A DNA stretch of 64,000 nt from Azolla caroliniana (lineage: Eukaryota > Plantae > Polypodiophyta), in assembly GCA_043228905.1 (NCBI GenBank), contig JBHGNT010000006.1, positions 16,740,001 through 16,804,000 of the forward strand, read 5' to 3'. The position numbers were made by a program, and so were the translations under genes. Under the pieces are notes generated by a model. That model saw only the letters and a list, made by a program, of their open reading frames with translations, searched no databases and was not told the DNA's origin. Below, piece after piece: positions 24,929 through 37,200 of the stretch (the first letter of the stretch is position 1; every line of letters begins with the position of its first letter).

Positions 24929-26280
24929 TGTTACCGATTAGGAACACTGTCTACTCTCAGTTCTTCGAGGTAGACTTCAAGGTGATTGTGGTGCAAGGAA
25001 TAGATTTGTAGGTGCGCAAAGTGGAACAAGCTTACAAAGCAAAGCGTATCGTCTGGACATGAAGTGAGACGGCTACAACCGAATCTCACAAGTGCGCGAT
25101 TTCATATACACACTTATCCTACACTTACTAGCCCATAGTTACCAACAAAGTACTACACCGAATCAGTAGAGGACTTACACAGACACGGGAATAAGAGAAG
25201 ATAGTATTGTATTACAAAAGGTAGCTCCCTAATTATAGAGGATTTCCACCCTTTATATGCACAGGGCTTTTAGTCCGTTATACTCCTAGTGTGAACCGTT
25301 ACATGTGTTTCTTTAACGCTTCTAATAATATATTCTATTCATCTAAGCGTTAGGTCTAGCAGACAACATCGGTGGAAAACACTTGGCACGCCTGTGGGAT
25401 AGTGCCTTGGCACGTCGAACCCGTCCCTCTACTCATCGTTCAAAATGTCTAGGATGATCGGCTCCGTCTGTACAGCCTGGTCGGGAAACGACGTGACGTT
25501 TGAGGTGCTTCCTTGTTCTGCTCGACTGGCTCCTCCAATTGCGTGCCGTCCACTTCACCACGTTCGGCCGGTGTGTGAGTTCCCATGTTGTCATCTGTAC
25601 TTCGCGTGATTAGGGCCGACTCCGTTGGTTCAATGTCCAGATCATTCCTCCAAGGTTCGGGCGTGGGCTCTTCAGTTAGTGGGCAAGCGGTCGGACAGGG
25701 CTCTTCCCTGTCCATTTCTTCCATAGCGTTGACAAGCATAGTGGTCACCTTCGGAGGGTTGTTCGAATTGGGTTGAGGCTCATCTTGTTCGGCAGAATCA
25801 CTGTCTGGTACCGCAATTGTCTCCGTCCTCTGTTGTTCGCGGCTGACCTCCATTAGCCGGCGGGAAATGTCTTCCTGACTTTCCCTGAAATCTTCCAACA
25901 GTTGCGTGAGTGCTTCAGAGTGCTAGTCCGCTAGCATGCGATAGTCCTGCACGAGGTTTTCGCATACTGCCGCAATGCTTTCGTCATTGAGCTTGTAGAA
26001 ACCTCTGCCTTCTTTTCGTGGGTTCTCCTTGTTCGCCCGATAGGTGTGCAATTCTGCTGCTTGCGTTGCCTACGCCGTCCATACTTTGTCCAATGCCGCT
26101 TTCAACTATGCCGTAAACCGCTCGCGATTTGTTTGAAGAAGGACACATACATTGTCTGTTATTATTTGGGAGTGGGTGTGCACTTCGTCTAGGGCTTTCT
26201 TGAGGTTTTCGATTTTACGCTTATTGGCCGTAGCCGTTTCCTCATAGAGGCTCTTCATCTTCGTCCATATCTGGGATTCT

Positions 26281-26760
26281 TTCAAGTGTAGTTCCTTGAG
26301 CTGGCCCATTTCATTGTTCAAGTGAACTTCTACCTAATGCTTCAGTTCCTGTTCCCGCATGAGCTTCTCGTCGTACCACGCTTTCTTCCTTTCCAATAAC
26401 TCTCAGAGCCCTGTGATAACGACATCTGTCTTTTGGGCTTCCTCACGCAGCTTCTTGTTTTCTTCTTTTGTGCGGCGGGTATGCATACTATCTCTGCCTT
26501 GAGCTTATCCTCCAATGCTTTCAAGTGTAGTTCCTTGAGCTGGCCCATTTCATTGTTCAAGTGAACTTCTACCTAATGCTTCAGTTCCTGTTCCCGCATG
26601 AGCTTCTCGTCGTACCACGTTTTCTTCCTTTCCAATAACTCTCAGAGCCTTGTGATAACGACATCTGTCTTTTGGGCTTCCTCACGCAGCTTCTTGTTTT
26701 CTTCTTTTGTGCGGCGGGTATGCATACTATCTCTGCCTTGAGCTTATCCTCCAATGCTTT
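26281..26760. repeat. 239-bp tandem duplication within G3 ORF3
   Basis: Units start at 26281 and 26520 and are near-identical. Confidence 0.9.
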
Positions 26761-26859
26761 CACCGCACTTCGTCCTTTTGCCCAGACATCCTTTTCTTTG
26801 TCTAATGATTGGCACAGTTTTGCGCGGAGGCGGTCAATCTCGGACTCGGCTAACTACGT

Positions 26860-27887
26860 TGTCGTGAAGATTTTCGGCAATGGTGTGAAAATTGTGAGGA
26901 ACATACAAAATCGAGTGTGGTTCTTCACACACGATATGAAACAATAATAGTAAAGATACTATTTTAGATTAGTTTAATATCTTGGTACGAAAAGATGGAT
27001 GTCTTCAAGAGCTTCCAAATGTACTTTACTACATTTGAAACGGACAACTAAATGTCAAGTTATGTGAATGTGAAGTTTGAGAAGAAGAAGAGAAAAACAA
27101 AATTATGAGATATCCCACATAGATAGGACAAATCAGGATCCCACAATATATAAGCAGAGCCAGAACTTATTACTCTTTGTCTATGTGTGGAGCACAAAAT
27201 GTTCTTGGGCTAAATTACTCGTAATGGTTTTGGAGGAACCAGACGGACGATGACGGAGTCGGAACCGAACAGACAGCGACGGAATCAGAACCGACACCAG
27301 AACCGGACCGGATAATTGGCTCGGATGCAGACCGGATAGACAGGATCGATCGGATAGGTTGATCGCGACGATTTTGGTGTGAAACGAACAAAATCATCTA
27401 GACTAAAAAACCTAGTAAAAATTTGTATGCAAAGAGATGTAAGGAAGGCTTGAACCCTACACCTCCAAGATAGGAGGCAATAAACTTACCACTAAGCCAA
27501 GTCGTTTTCTTAAGATCATTTGTCCTACCATTATAGTTTCACATGTAAATGCATCATATGCATGGGGGCGTCTATAAAAGAGTAGATGGAAAAGATCAAT
27601 GGGGAGCTATGTATGAATCAAGAATTTAATAAGAAGAAAATTCGTTATCCAATTGATGATATATCTTGTTCTTCAAATCTAAAGTCAAGAGTTCAATATT
27701 TCTCTCTCTCTTCATTTCAATATCTCTCAATCTAAAGTCAAGCGTTCTATCTTATCTCAATCTCTCTCTCTTTCAATCTATCTTAAATACTTTCTCGCTA
27801 AAGCTAGTACAAACTTCGAATCTTTCCGGTCAAGAACCCCGGCGGTTCCGCCTCATGATCCGCACGTAGTGATGGATCTTCATGACA
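26860..27887 (+). mobile_element. Solo LTR (1028 bp) with 4-bp TSD
   Basis: TGTCGTGAAGAT...ATCTTCATGACA inverted termini; ACGT on both sides; removal restores the G3 ORF3 frame; TATA CTATAAAAG near 27572. Confidence 0.85.
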
Positions 27888-30177
27888 ACGTAGCTCTTTT
27901 TGCTTTTGCGGTGATGGTGGTTTGTGCTTCGACCTGCTCCCGTAAAGTCGTCAATGTGTCATTGCTGGATGCTAGTCTGGGGTTTTGTTGCGCCGTAGTT
28001 GCATTGCGTTCGAATTCCGTAATGCACTCTTGGGCCTTTTGTAGTTGGGTTTGAGTCAGCTTGACTGTTTTCCAGACATTCTTATTTTTGATAGCCATAT
28101 CTTTGGCTCCCATATTGACTGTGGCAACCTCCCTATGTACTTCGACGAGGGTCATATTCAATGGGGGTAATTCAATGCCCATGCGGCGAATCCCTGCATT
28201 CCGTTGTCTGCCTATCTTGCCGAGGGGTCCCTCATCGTCGCTTTCCGCCGTTCTTGTCAGTGCACACTCAATCATTTGCTGTTCTGCGTGCTCCTCGACC
28301 ATTCTCTAGGACACCTTGATCTATTGTGTTGCCAAAAATTCTATGAGTTCGTAAGTCGTCCCAAACTGTAATAGCACGTCGAACTCATGGGTTGTTTCCG
28401 GGATGTCTGGATACTTGAGGACTTCGCTTTCCACCGTGAGCACTCCTTTGCCACACGGCGACTGAGCTGTAATGATCAGCTGTGGTTCCCGGATTATCTC
28501 CAATGTAGTTATGTGCTTCAACATATAGTCTAATGGTCAAGAGCTTGACCCATGTAACATAAGGTCATGGGTTGGAATGTTGCCATATCATGACACTATT
28601 GTTTTGGATTGAGGACCTGGTTTGTCTAGATATTGACGATGGAAGTCTTCAAGAAGAGCACGAGCATTGGTCACATTCTCTATTGCTTCCCAAGTACGCT
28701 CGCTGGGACTATATCCTAGACAATTGACTAAATAGTAGAGCTTGTTGCGAACAATCTTGGAATCGAGGATGGTGGCAACCTCATACTCAGGTCCATCTTC
28801 AAGTTCGATCGGGGGTGGAGGTGGTTTAATACGACTTGGGATGGTGCTTTCCTGATAGGGTTCTGGGAGAGGACTATGAAACACCGGATGTATCTGTAGT
28901 TGCGGAGGTAGATCGAGACGAAAAGTGACATCATTAATCTTTTCGATAATATGGAATGAACCTAATCGCCGATAATCCAACTTCTCGCATGGGCAAGTAG
29001 TCTTGATGTGTCGTCGTAGTAGCCATACCCGATCTCCAATGTCAAAACTGGATGGAAGCCGAGACAATCCGCGTAAACCTTGTGTGTTTGTTGAGCTTGC
29101 TGTAGCTGAGTAGATAAATCCGATTGTATCTTGTGTAGCCGCTCCAAACGATCCTCTACACAAGGATTTGTGAGTAACTCTGGGGTTTCAAATAGACACC
29201 ACCGGGGGTGATAGCTCGTGTAAGCATAAAATGGCGTAACCTTTGTCAATGAGTGGAGAATATCCGTCCAGTTATCTTGATGATAGCTTAGAAACCACTG
29301 AAGATACTGCTCTAGCGTTCTGATTTGTTTATACGCAAATTCAGCGAAGTGGAGAATATTCACCCAGTTATCTTGATGATAACTTAGAAACCACCGAAGA
29401 TACTATTCCAGCGTTTTGATTTGTTTGTTAAGATCGCATCGAATCCCTTAGAAACTGGAAGATCAGTGATGAAATCTAGAGTAATGGATGTTACAAATCC
29501 ACTCTCCGATTCACCTTCACCGTTCGGCCACAACCGAGAAATCACGAATCAATGCAGCAGAAAATAGGAAACACAGAGAAAGACACGATAACACACGGAT
29601 TAACGTGGAAAACCCTATACGGGAAAAACCACGGGAGTGCAAGACTCCAAACCAAAACTATGCACAGAGAAATATACAATGGCGAGCTGCAAGGCGACGA
29701 CCTTGAGCTCGCTGTCCTCGCCACAGGCGGCGGTATTACACAGAGGCGTCGACCTCTTCCTCTCTCACGCTCTATCTCTCTCACGGCTGCTCTCTCTTCA
29801 CTCCTCTTGAGTGGAAAAACAGAAAAAAATGAGTAGCAACATAAAACTGTTTGCCCTAAGTCATATTTATACACATATGACTTTAGGGCTATTTACAAAT
29901 ATAGCCTCCAGGGCCCTTGGCAAAACATATTCACAAATATGTCCCCGCATCCGGATCTCTCTCCGGGTACATTCATCATCCGGCTCCGTAGCCGGGTCTT
30001 CATCATCCGGCTCCGTAGCCGGGGTCTACATCATCCGACTCCGTAGCCGGGTACTCTTCATTCGGCTTCATGCCGGGTACTCTTCATCCTCCGGTTCCGT
30101 AACCGCAACCGGGCTTGCCGTCATTCATCTCCGGACATCCCATCCGGAGGGACCGAAAATCCCAACAAACTCCCCCT

Positions 30178-33100
30178 TCACTTCGGCATGGGATGTCTCT
30201 CCAATCCGATCCTCTTCCGGCATGCTTCCAGCTTGTCGGGTGTGAGCACCTTGGTCAGCATATCCGACCCGTTCTCGTCCGTGTGGATCTTCGTCAGCAC
30301 GAACTCCTTGTCTTCTATCCTTTCCCGGATCCAGTGGTATCTACGCTGGATGTGTTTCGTCCGGGAATGGTAGGCCGCGTTCTTCGCAAGGTGGATGGCA
30401 CTCTGACTATCGCAGTAGAGCCGGTACTCCTCCTGCCGGATACCGAGCTCTCTAATGAATTCCTTCATCCATATTATTTCTTTGCCGGCTTCAACAGCCG
30501 CCATGTACTCCGCCTCCGTGGTTGACAACGCAACCGTCTTCTGCAGCCTCGACTGCCATGAAACAGCTCCCCCTGCATACGTCATCACATACCCTGATGT
30601 GGACTGGCTGGTATCTGCATCAGCCGACATATCCGAATCGGTGAAACCGTCGAGTTCGGGCTTACCGGAGCCGAATCGGAGGCACACGTTTGTCGTGCCC
30701 TTCAGGTATTGGAGTATCCATTTGACCACGTTCCAATGCTCTTTGCCGGGATTGCTCATGTACCGGCTCACCACTCCGACTGCATATCCTATGTCCGGTC
30801 GGGTACACACCATTGCGTACATCAAGCTCCCGACGGCAGAGGCATATGGTACTTTCATCATGTCCTCCTTCTCAGCCTTTGTCTTGGGGCTTTGCTTCCT
30901 GGACAGCTTGCAGTTTGCCGGGAGTGTTGACCCGACCGGTCTTGCTTCCAACATGTTGAACCGGTGAAGCACCTTTGTCACGTACTTCTCCTGTGACAAC
31001 CACAACTGCTTCTTCTTCCGGTCCCGGATGATGTGCATCCCTAGTATTTGCCTCGCCGGACCCAGGTCCTTCATTGAGAAGGTTCGGTGAAGAGCCTTCT
31101 TCAGCATCCGTATCTTGACCTGGTCTCGTCCGACGATCAACATGTCGTCCACGTACATGAGGAGTATTAGAAAGTCTCCTCCTTCGAACTTCTTCACAAA
31201 CACGCAGTGATCGGTCTGCGTTTTGTGGTACCCTTCGTCTGTCATGAAGGAGTCGAACTTCCGGTACCATTGCCGGGGAGCCTGCTTCAGACCGTAGAGG
31301 CTCTTCTTCAACCGGCATACCAGGTGCTCCTTCCCTTTCTTCTCGAATCCTTCCGGTTGCTGCATGTAGATCTCTTCTTCGAGGTCACCGTGAAGGAATG
31401 TCGTCTTCACGTCCATCTGTTCTACCTCGAGGTCCATGCTTGCCGCTATGCTCAGCACCGTCCGGATGGAGGTCATCTTCACTACCGGGGCAAATATCTC
31501 GTCGAAGTCGACGCCCTTCTTCTGCTGAAACCCCTTCACCACGATCCTGGCTTTGTATCTCGGGGGGTTTCCGGCATCTCCCGGTTTCAGCTTGAACACC
31601 CACTTGTTTCGAAGTGCCCGCTTTCCTTTCGGCAACTCCACAAGTTCATATGTGTGGTTCTCATGCAGGGAATCCATCTCCTCCTGCATGGCACTTAACC
31701 ACCTGCGGCTATGGGTGTCAAGCTTTGCTTCTTCAAAACTCTCCGGCTCCCCCTCGTCGGTTAGCAGCACGTGCTCTGGTTCCGGAAATCTCCGGGGGGC
31801 CCTTCTCTCTCTTAGAGGATATCTCCGTTCCGGAGCTTCGGTAACCGGCTCCTCCGTTTCCTCTTCATCCGAATCCATTTCGGGATCGGGGCCGGTTCCG
31901 GTATCAGTTTCATCTTCCTCGGCCGGTTCTGTTTCTTCACCGTCTTCGGCCGGATCCTCGAGTGCTAACCGGTCCCTTGCCGGTCGGGACTGCTCTTCGT
32001 AGAGTTGATTCTCACCGGTCGACTTTGAGCTCTTCATCTTCTTCTCCGACTCCCAGTCGGCGAGTGTCTTGTCCTCCATGAAGATGATATCACGACTCCT
32101 GAATATCTTCTTGTCGACCGGGTCCCATACTCGGTAGCCGAACTCGTCGTTGCCGTAACCGAGGAATATGCATGGCCGGGTCTTTGGATCTAGCTTTCCT
32201 CTCCGGTCCTTTGCCACATGCACATATGCGAGACACCCGAACACCTTCAGATGCCGGTAGGATACTTCCCTACCGGTCCACACTCTCTGCGGCGTGTCTC
32301 CGTCCAAAGGTACTGAGGGTGATCTGTTTATCACGTATGTCGCCGTCGACATTGCCTCAGCCCAAAACCCCTTGGGTAATTTCGCATGCGCCAGCATACT
32401 CCGGACCCTCTCCATTATGGTCCGGTTCATCCTCTCGGCCAACCCGTTCAGTTCCGGCGTCTTCGGCACAGTAAACTCGAGCCGGATTCCCTTCGAGCGA
32501 CAGTACTCCTCGAACTGCCCCCGGTATTCCCCTCCGTTATCCGCTCGTATCGCTTTCAGCTCCTTGCCGGATTCCCTTTCCACTCTCGCGTGGAGTTCTT
32601 TGAAGACGGACAATACTTGGTCCTTTGTCTTCAACGGTGCCGTCCACAGCTTCCGGCTGTGATCATCTATGAATGTTACGAAGTACTGGGCTCCGCCATG
32701 TGACTTCGTTTCTACCTGACACACATCAGTGTGCACCAACTCCAATGGTGCGCTACGTCTCGTCGGTGGCCTTGAGTGGAAGGAGGCTCGGTTCTGCTTA
32801 CCGGCCAGGCAATCGGTGCACTTCTCCAGATGCACATGCTTCACTGGGATAAGGTTGTCTTCTGCAAGCCTCTTCATCCCCTTCTCACTCATGTGGCACA
32901 GTCTCTTGTGCCAGAGCTCACCGGCAGTGTCAGCTGCCACGTTCAGCTCCTCCGGACATAGCCGGGAATTCATCAGGTACAGTGTGTTGACTTTCCGGGC
33001 CCGAGCCACTGTCAGGCTCCCTTTGCTGAACTTCATGACACCGTTCCGGATGCTACCCGTGTAGCCTTCATCGTCTAGCCTCCCGGCCGAAATCAGGTTC

Positions 33101-33555
33101 AATCGAACCTCCGGAACGTGTCGAACATCCTTCAGCAGCATCTTGCATCCGGTTGATGTCCTCAGCCACACGTCTCCTATGCCGGCAATCCGGCATGTAC
33201 CTTCATTTCCCATCCGGACACAGCCGTGCTCACCGGCTGTGTAGGATGAGAAGTATTTCTTCTCCGGGGTCAGGTGGAACGACGCTCCGGAATCGACCAC
33301 CCAGGTCATCTCTTCACCGGCAAGGTTCAGCTCCCTCTCTTCGGTAATGAGCATTATCTCTTCTTCACTTGCCGCGAGTGCCGTCGTTCCTTTCCGGTCC
33401 TGCCCTCGCCGATCCGGACCTCTCCGGACCTCTCCGGTCCGTGGCTCCCCGGTATGCACCGTTTCGCTCCGGTGACTTCTTCGAATCGGTGTCGTCGGCT
33501 CCGTTGTCCTTTCGGTAATGCCGACAATTCTTCCGGAAGTGCCCCGGCTTCCCAC
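30178..33555 (-). CDS. pol: Copia C pol (PR-INT-RT-RH), uninterrupted frame
   Basis: VDSGAS, WHKRLCH, DNGGEY, YVDDML, STTEAEY, HSRTKHI motifs. Confidence 0.93.
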   Translation of the reverse strand: MGSRGTSGRIVGITERTTEPTTPIRRSHRSETVHTGEPRTGEVRRGPDRRGQDRKGTTALAASEEEIMLITEERELNLAGEEMTWVVDSGASFHLTPEKKYFSSYTAGEHGCVRMGNEGTCRIAGIGDVWLRTSTGCKMLLKDVRHVPEVRLNLISAGRLDDEGYTGSIRNGVMKFSKGSLTVARARKVNTLYLMNSRLCPEELNVAADTAGELWHKRLCHMSEKGMKRLAEDNLIPVKHVHLEKCTDCLAGKQNRASFHSRPPTRRSAPLELVHTDVCQVETKSHGGAQYFVTFIDDHSRKLWTAPLKTKDQVLSVFKELHARVERESGKELKAIRADNGGEYRGQFEEYCRSKGIRLEFTVPKTPELNGLAERMNRTIMERVRSMLAHAKLPKGFWAEAMSTATYVINRSPSVPLDGDTPQRVWTGREVSYRHLKVFGCLAYVHVAKDRRGKLDPKTRPCIFLGYGNDEFGYRVWDPVDKKIFRSRDIIFMEDKTLADWESEKKMKSSKSTGENQLYEEQSRPARDRLALEDPAEDGEETEPAEEDETDTGTGPDPEMDSDEEETEEPVTEAPERRYPLRERRAPRRFPEPEHVLLTDEGEPESFEEAKLDTHSRRWLSAMQEEMDSLHENHTYELVELPKGKRALRNKWVFKLKPGDAGNPPRYKARIVVKGFQQKKGVDFDEIFAPVVKMTSIRTVLSIAASMDLEVEQMDVKTTFLHGDLEEEIYMQQPEGFEKKGKEHLVCRLKKSLYGLKQAPRQWYRKFDSFMTDEGYHKTQTDHCVFVKKFEGGDFLILLMYVDDMLIVGRDQVKIRMLKKALHRTFSMKDLGPARQILGMHIIRDRKKKQLWLSQEKYVTKVLHRFNMLEARPVGSTLPANCKLSRKQSPKTKAEKEDMMKVPYASAVGSLMYAMVCTRPDIGYAVGVVSRYMSNPGKEHWNVVKWILQYLKGTTNVCLRFGSGKPELDGFTDSDMSADADTSQSTSGYVMTYAGGAVSWQSRLQKTVALSTTEAEYMAAVEAGKEIIWMKEFIRELGIRQEEYRLYCDSQSAIHLAKNAAYHSRTKHIQRRYHWIRERIEDKEFVLTKIHTDENGSDMLTKVLTPDKLEACRKRIGLERHPMPK

Positions 33556-34261
33556 AGTGGAAGCATGTGGGTCTTCCTCTTGACTGCGACCGGGTCCCCG
33601 ACTTCTCCCGTCTTTGCGGACTCCGGTTCCATTGTCTTCCCCGATCCGATTCGGTAAGCAGCGCCTTCGGGTCGGAGGCCGGTTCTTTATCTCTCCGACG
33701 CGCTTCTTCGTTCAAAATACTTGTCTTTACCGTTTGTAGAGACAAGTTATCTTCGGTGCAGGAGGTGCTGAGAGTCACCACCAAGTTCTCCCAGCTTTCC
33801 GGCAATGTACACATCAGAATGATGGCTTGCATTGCATCCTCCAGCGGGAACTTGATCGCCGCAAGCTGGTTCACGAATCCCATGAACGTGCTTACGTGTT
33901 CCACCATACTCTCGCCGTCCCGGTACTTGAGGTTCACTATCTTCCTCATCAGGGAGGTCCGGTTCAACGCATTCTTCCTCTCGTAGAGGCCCGACAGCTT
34001 CCGCCACATCTCGTATGCGTTGGTGTCGTTCGCCACATGTTGTAGAACGCTCACGTCGACGTATTGCCGAATGGTTGCAACGGCTTTCCGGTTCAGAAGC
34101 CTCCATTCCGTCTCAAGTACCCCCTTCGGTATTTCCGACTTGTCAATCGGTTCGTACAGGTCCCGAACAATCAGAAGATCCTCCATCTTGATCTTCCAAT
34201 CGGCGTAATTCTGCGCATTCAGCACCATCATCCCCGGTTGCCCGCTGCTGCCGCCTTCCAT
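33365..34261 (-). CDS. gag: Copia C gag (likely start MEGGSSGQ), out of frame with pol
   Basis: Copia gag motifs, CFHCGKPGHFRKNC zinc knuckle. Confidence 0.88.
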   Translation of the reverse strand: MEGGSSGQPGMMVLNAQNYADWKIKMEDLLIVRDLYEPIDKSEIPKGVLETEWRLLNRKAVATIRQYVDVSVLQHVANDTNAYEMWRKLSGLYERKNALNRTSLMRKIVNLKYRDGESMVEHVSTFMGFVNQLAAIKFPLEDAMQAIILMCTLPESWENLVVTLSTSCTEDNLSLQTVKTSILNEEARRRDKEPASDPKALLTESDRGRQWNRSPQRREKSGTRSQSRGRPTCFHCGKPGHFRKNCRHYRKDNGADDTDSKKSPERNGAYRGATDRRGPERSGSARAGPERNDGTRGK

Positions 34262-37200
34262 TTTCTGCACTGCCGTCGCTCTGATACCACTTGTTACGAA
34301 TCCACTCTCCGATTCACCTTCACCGTTCGGCCACAACCGAGAAATCACGAATCAATGCAGCAGAAAATAGGAAACACAGAGAAAGACACGATAACACAGG
34401 GATTAACGTGGAAAACCCTATACGGGAAAAACCACGGGAGTGCAAGACTCCAAACCAAAACTATGCACAGAGAAATATACAATGGCGAGCTGCAAGGCGA
34501 CGACCTTGAGCTCGCTGTCCTCGCCACAGGCGGCGGTATTACACAGAGGCGTCGACCTCTTCCTCTCTCACGCTCTATCTCTCTCACGGCTGCTCTCTCT
34601 TCACTCCTCTTGAGTGGAAAAACAGAAAAAAATGAGTAGCAACATAAAACTGTTTGCCCTAAGTCATATTTATACACATATGACTTTAGGGCTATTTACA
34701 AATATAGCCTCCAGGGCCCTTGGCAAAACATATTCACAAATATGTCCCCGCATCCGGATCTCTCTCCGGGTACATTCATCATCCGGCTCCGTAGCCGGGT
34801 CTTCATCATCCGGCTCCGTAACCGGGGTCTACATCATCCGACTCCGTAGCCGGGTACTCTTCATTCGGCTTCATGCCGGGTACTCTTCATCCTCCGGTTC
34901 CGTAACCGCAACCGGGCTTGCCGTCATTCATCTCCGGACATCCCATCCGGAGGGACCGAAAATCCCAACAATGGATTGCCACGGCTTGTTTGGAATTGGT
35001 AATTGTTCTAATAAACCATATGGATGATGCCTTGGCATTTTTGCTCTGCAACATATATCACAAGTCCGAACAAAATCTTCGACAAATTATCGCATATGGG
35101 GCCACCAGAATGATCGTTGTACTAAATCTAATGTTTTAGTACTCCCAAAATGCCCAGATGTATGTGTCATTAGTTTTGGACTACTCGAAGGCGAAAAGAA
35201 CCAGTAGGAACATACAATAGTTTTTTAAAGAATAGTAATCCATCATGACATTCGAATTGTCGATAGTCCATACCTGGTTGTTGCGACTGTGAACAAGATG
35301 CTCGAGAGGGATCAATTTGTGCTAGAATGTCTTGGGCGAAAGTATCTGCCTTCAAGTCCTCACGTATGGTATCGATAACGTGGGAATCTAATGGCATACC
35401 GAAGACCCGCATTGCTTGCAGTCGTGCCGGTCCTAGGATTACTTGCTTTTGGTTATTGAAAGCTGGCTCACTAGGACACGGTGCTAGATACGAGTGCCGT
35501 GATAATGCATCTGCCTTCCCTTGTTGCTTTCCTAGATGATATGTAATTTTGAAGTCGAAACGAGTGAGGAATTGGGCTTACAGGGCTTGTCGTCGATTTA
35601 ACACACGAGCGTTTTGAAAGTAGGCAAGGTTTTTGTGATCACTGAATACAATGACTTGATGAGAAGATCCCTCTAGAAAATGCTTCCATTGTGTAAAGAT
35701 TCCACTATTGCTAATAGATGCTTATCATGAATTTCATAGTTGATTTCAGCGGCGTCAAACTTGTGTGAGTGGAAAGCCACAGGATGTAGCTTTTCATCAT
35801 CGCCTTATTGTGACAGAATGCTACCCAAGGCGAAATCCGACGCGTCTGCCTCAATGATGAATCATTTTTCCGGAACAATATGAGCTAGAATAGGAGCTGA
35901 TGTAAATGCCTTCTTAAGACTCTCAAAAGACATGTCCGCTTCTTTAGACCAAACGAACGATTGTTCCTTCCTGGTAAGCTATGTGAGAGGTAGAACAAAC
36001 TTTGAGTAATCCTGTATAAACTTGCGGTAGAAATTGGCAAAGCCTAAAAAGTAGTGCACATCTCACAACGAACGTGGAGTTTGCCACTCTACCACCGTTT
36101 TGACCTTAGTTGGATCCATGTAGATGCCTTCCGAGGAGATGACATAGCCCAGAAATTCCACCTGGTTGCACCCGAAACTACATTTTTCTAGCTTTGCATA
36201 AAGACCATGTTCTCAAAGTCATTTTAGTACTAACAGTACATGAGAATCATGCTCTTCTTGGGTCTTCAAATAAACTAGTTGATCATCCAAATAGATGATC
36301 AAACAAACATCCAAGAGATCTCGGAATATATAATTTTCCATGTGATGGAAGACTGCTGGCGCATTAGTGAGATCGAATGGCATGACCGTTTACTCGAAGT
36401 GCTCATATTTGGTGCGAAACGCAGTCTTCCATTCATCTCCTGGCCAGATCCGTACGAGGTTATATGCTCCTTGTAAGTCAATCTTTGTGAAGAACCTTGC
36501 ACCATTGATCCGTTCTAAAAGACTTGAGATAAGGGGAAGTGCATACCTATTCCTGATGGTGACCTTATTCAATCCACGATAATCTACGACGAGATGTAGT
36601 GATCCATCCTTTTTCTTGACGAAGAAAATGGGTGCACCGGCTGGAGATTTTGAATGTCGTATGAAACCATTTGCCAAATTCTCCTCTATATAGGCTCGAA
36701 GGACTTCTAGCTCGGTTGGTGACAAGTTGTAGATCGGTCCCCTTGGTGGCTCTTTTCCCGGTTGTAAATCAATGGGGCAATCATACGGTTGATCGTGAGG
36801 AAGCGTATTGGCTTGTACTTTATCGAACACATCAGCATAATGACGATACTTATTCGGAAGTTGAAGGATGGACTCCTCTTTAGTGGTATTGGAGGGTTTT
36901 ACTGATATTGCGAAGAGAAACATTTCTTCCTTCCTCACGCAACTGATGTAGCGAAATGGTTGCAATCTTATGAGTAGATCCTCGGGTTTGTCGACACCGG
37001 ATTTCTCTTGTTCTCCAATCTATGTCTGGTTTATGTAATTCAAACCATGGTAATCCCAAAACAATAAGATGTTCTGGGATACTAATTATATTAAATGATA
37101 CTACACATGCTAAGTTATCTAGGGCAATATTAACTAGTTCTGACTCTTCTATGATATTTGGGAAGCAATGGGACGACCATCAATGACTACTACAGGGGCT

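Larger units (their letters stand above)
24929..28520 (-). mobile_element. Gypsy G-family copy G3 (3' LTR 24929-25381, ORF3 remnant)
   Basis: LTR homologous to the G2 LTR; ORF3 homology (27880-28524, 26106-26321, 25449-25898) ending ILDILNDE*. Confidence 0.88.
29489..34970 (-). mobile_element. Full-length young Ty1/Copia element C
   Basis: LTRs 29489-30167 and 34292-34970 (679 bp, 3 differences seen); TSD ATGGA; PBS TGGTATCAGAGC; PPT TGAAGGGGGAG. Confidence 0.97.

Noticed and set aside
29253-29427. About 77-bp duplicated block in T1 integrase
   Set aside because: Looks like ordinary local decay with an adjacent deletion; no sign of function
33365-33555. Programmed gag-pol frameshift in Copia C
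   Set aside because: Explained by a 10-nt duplication; the related element D is in frame across this region
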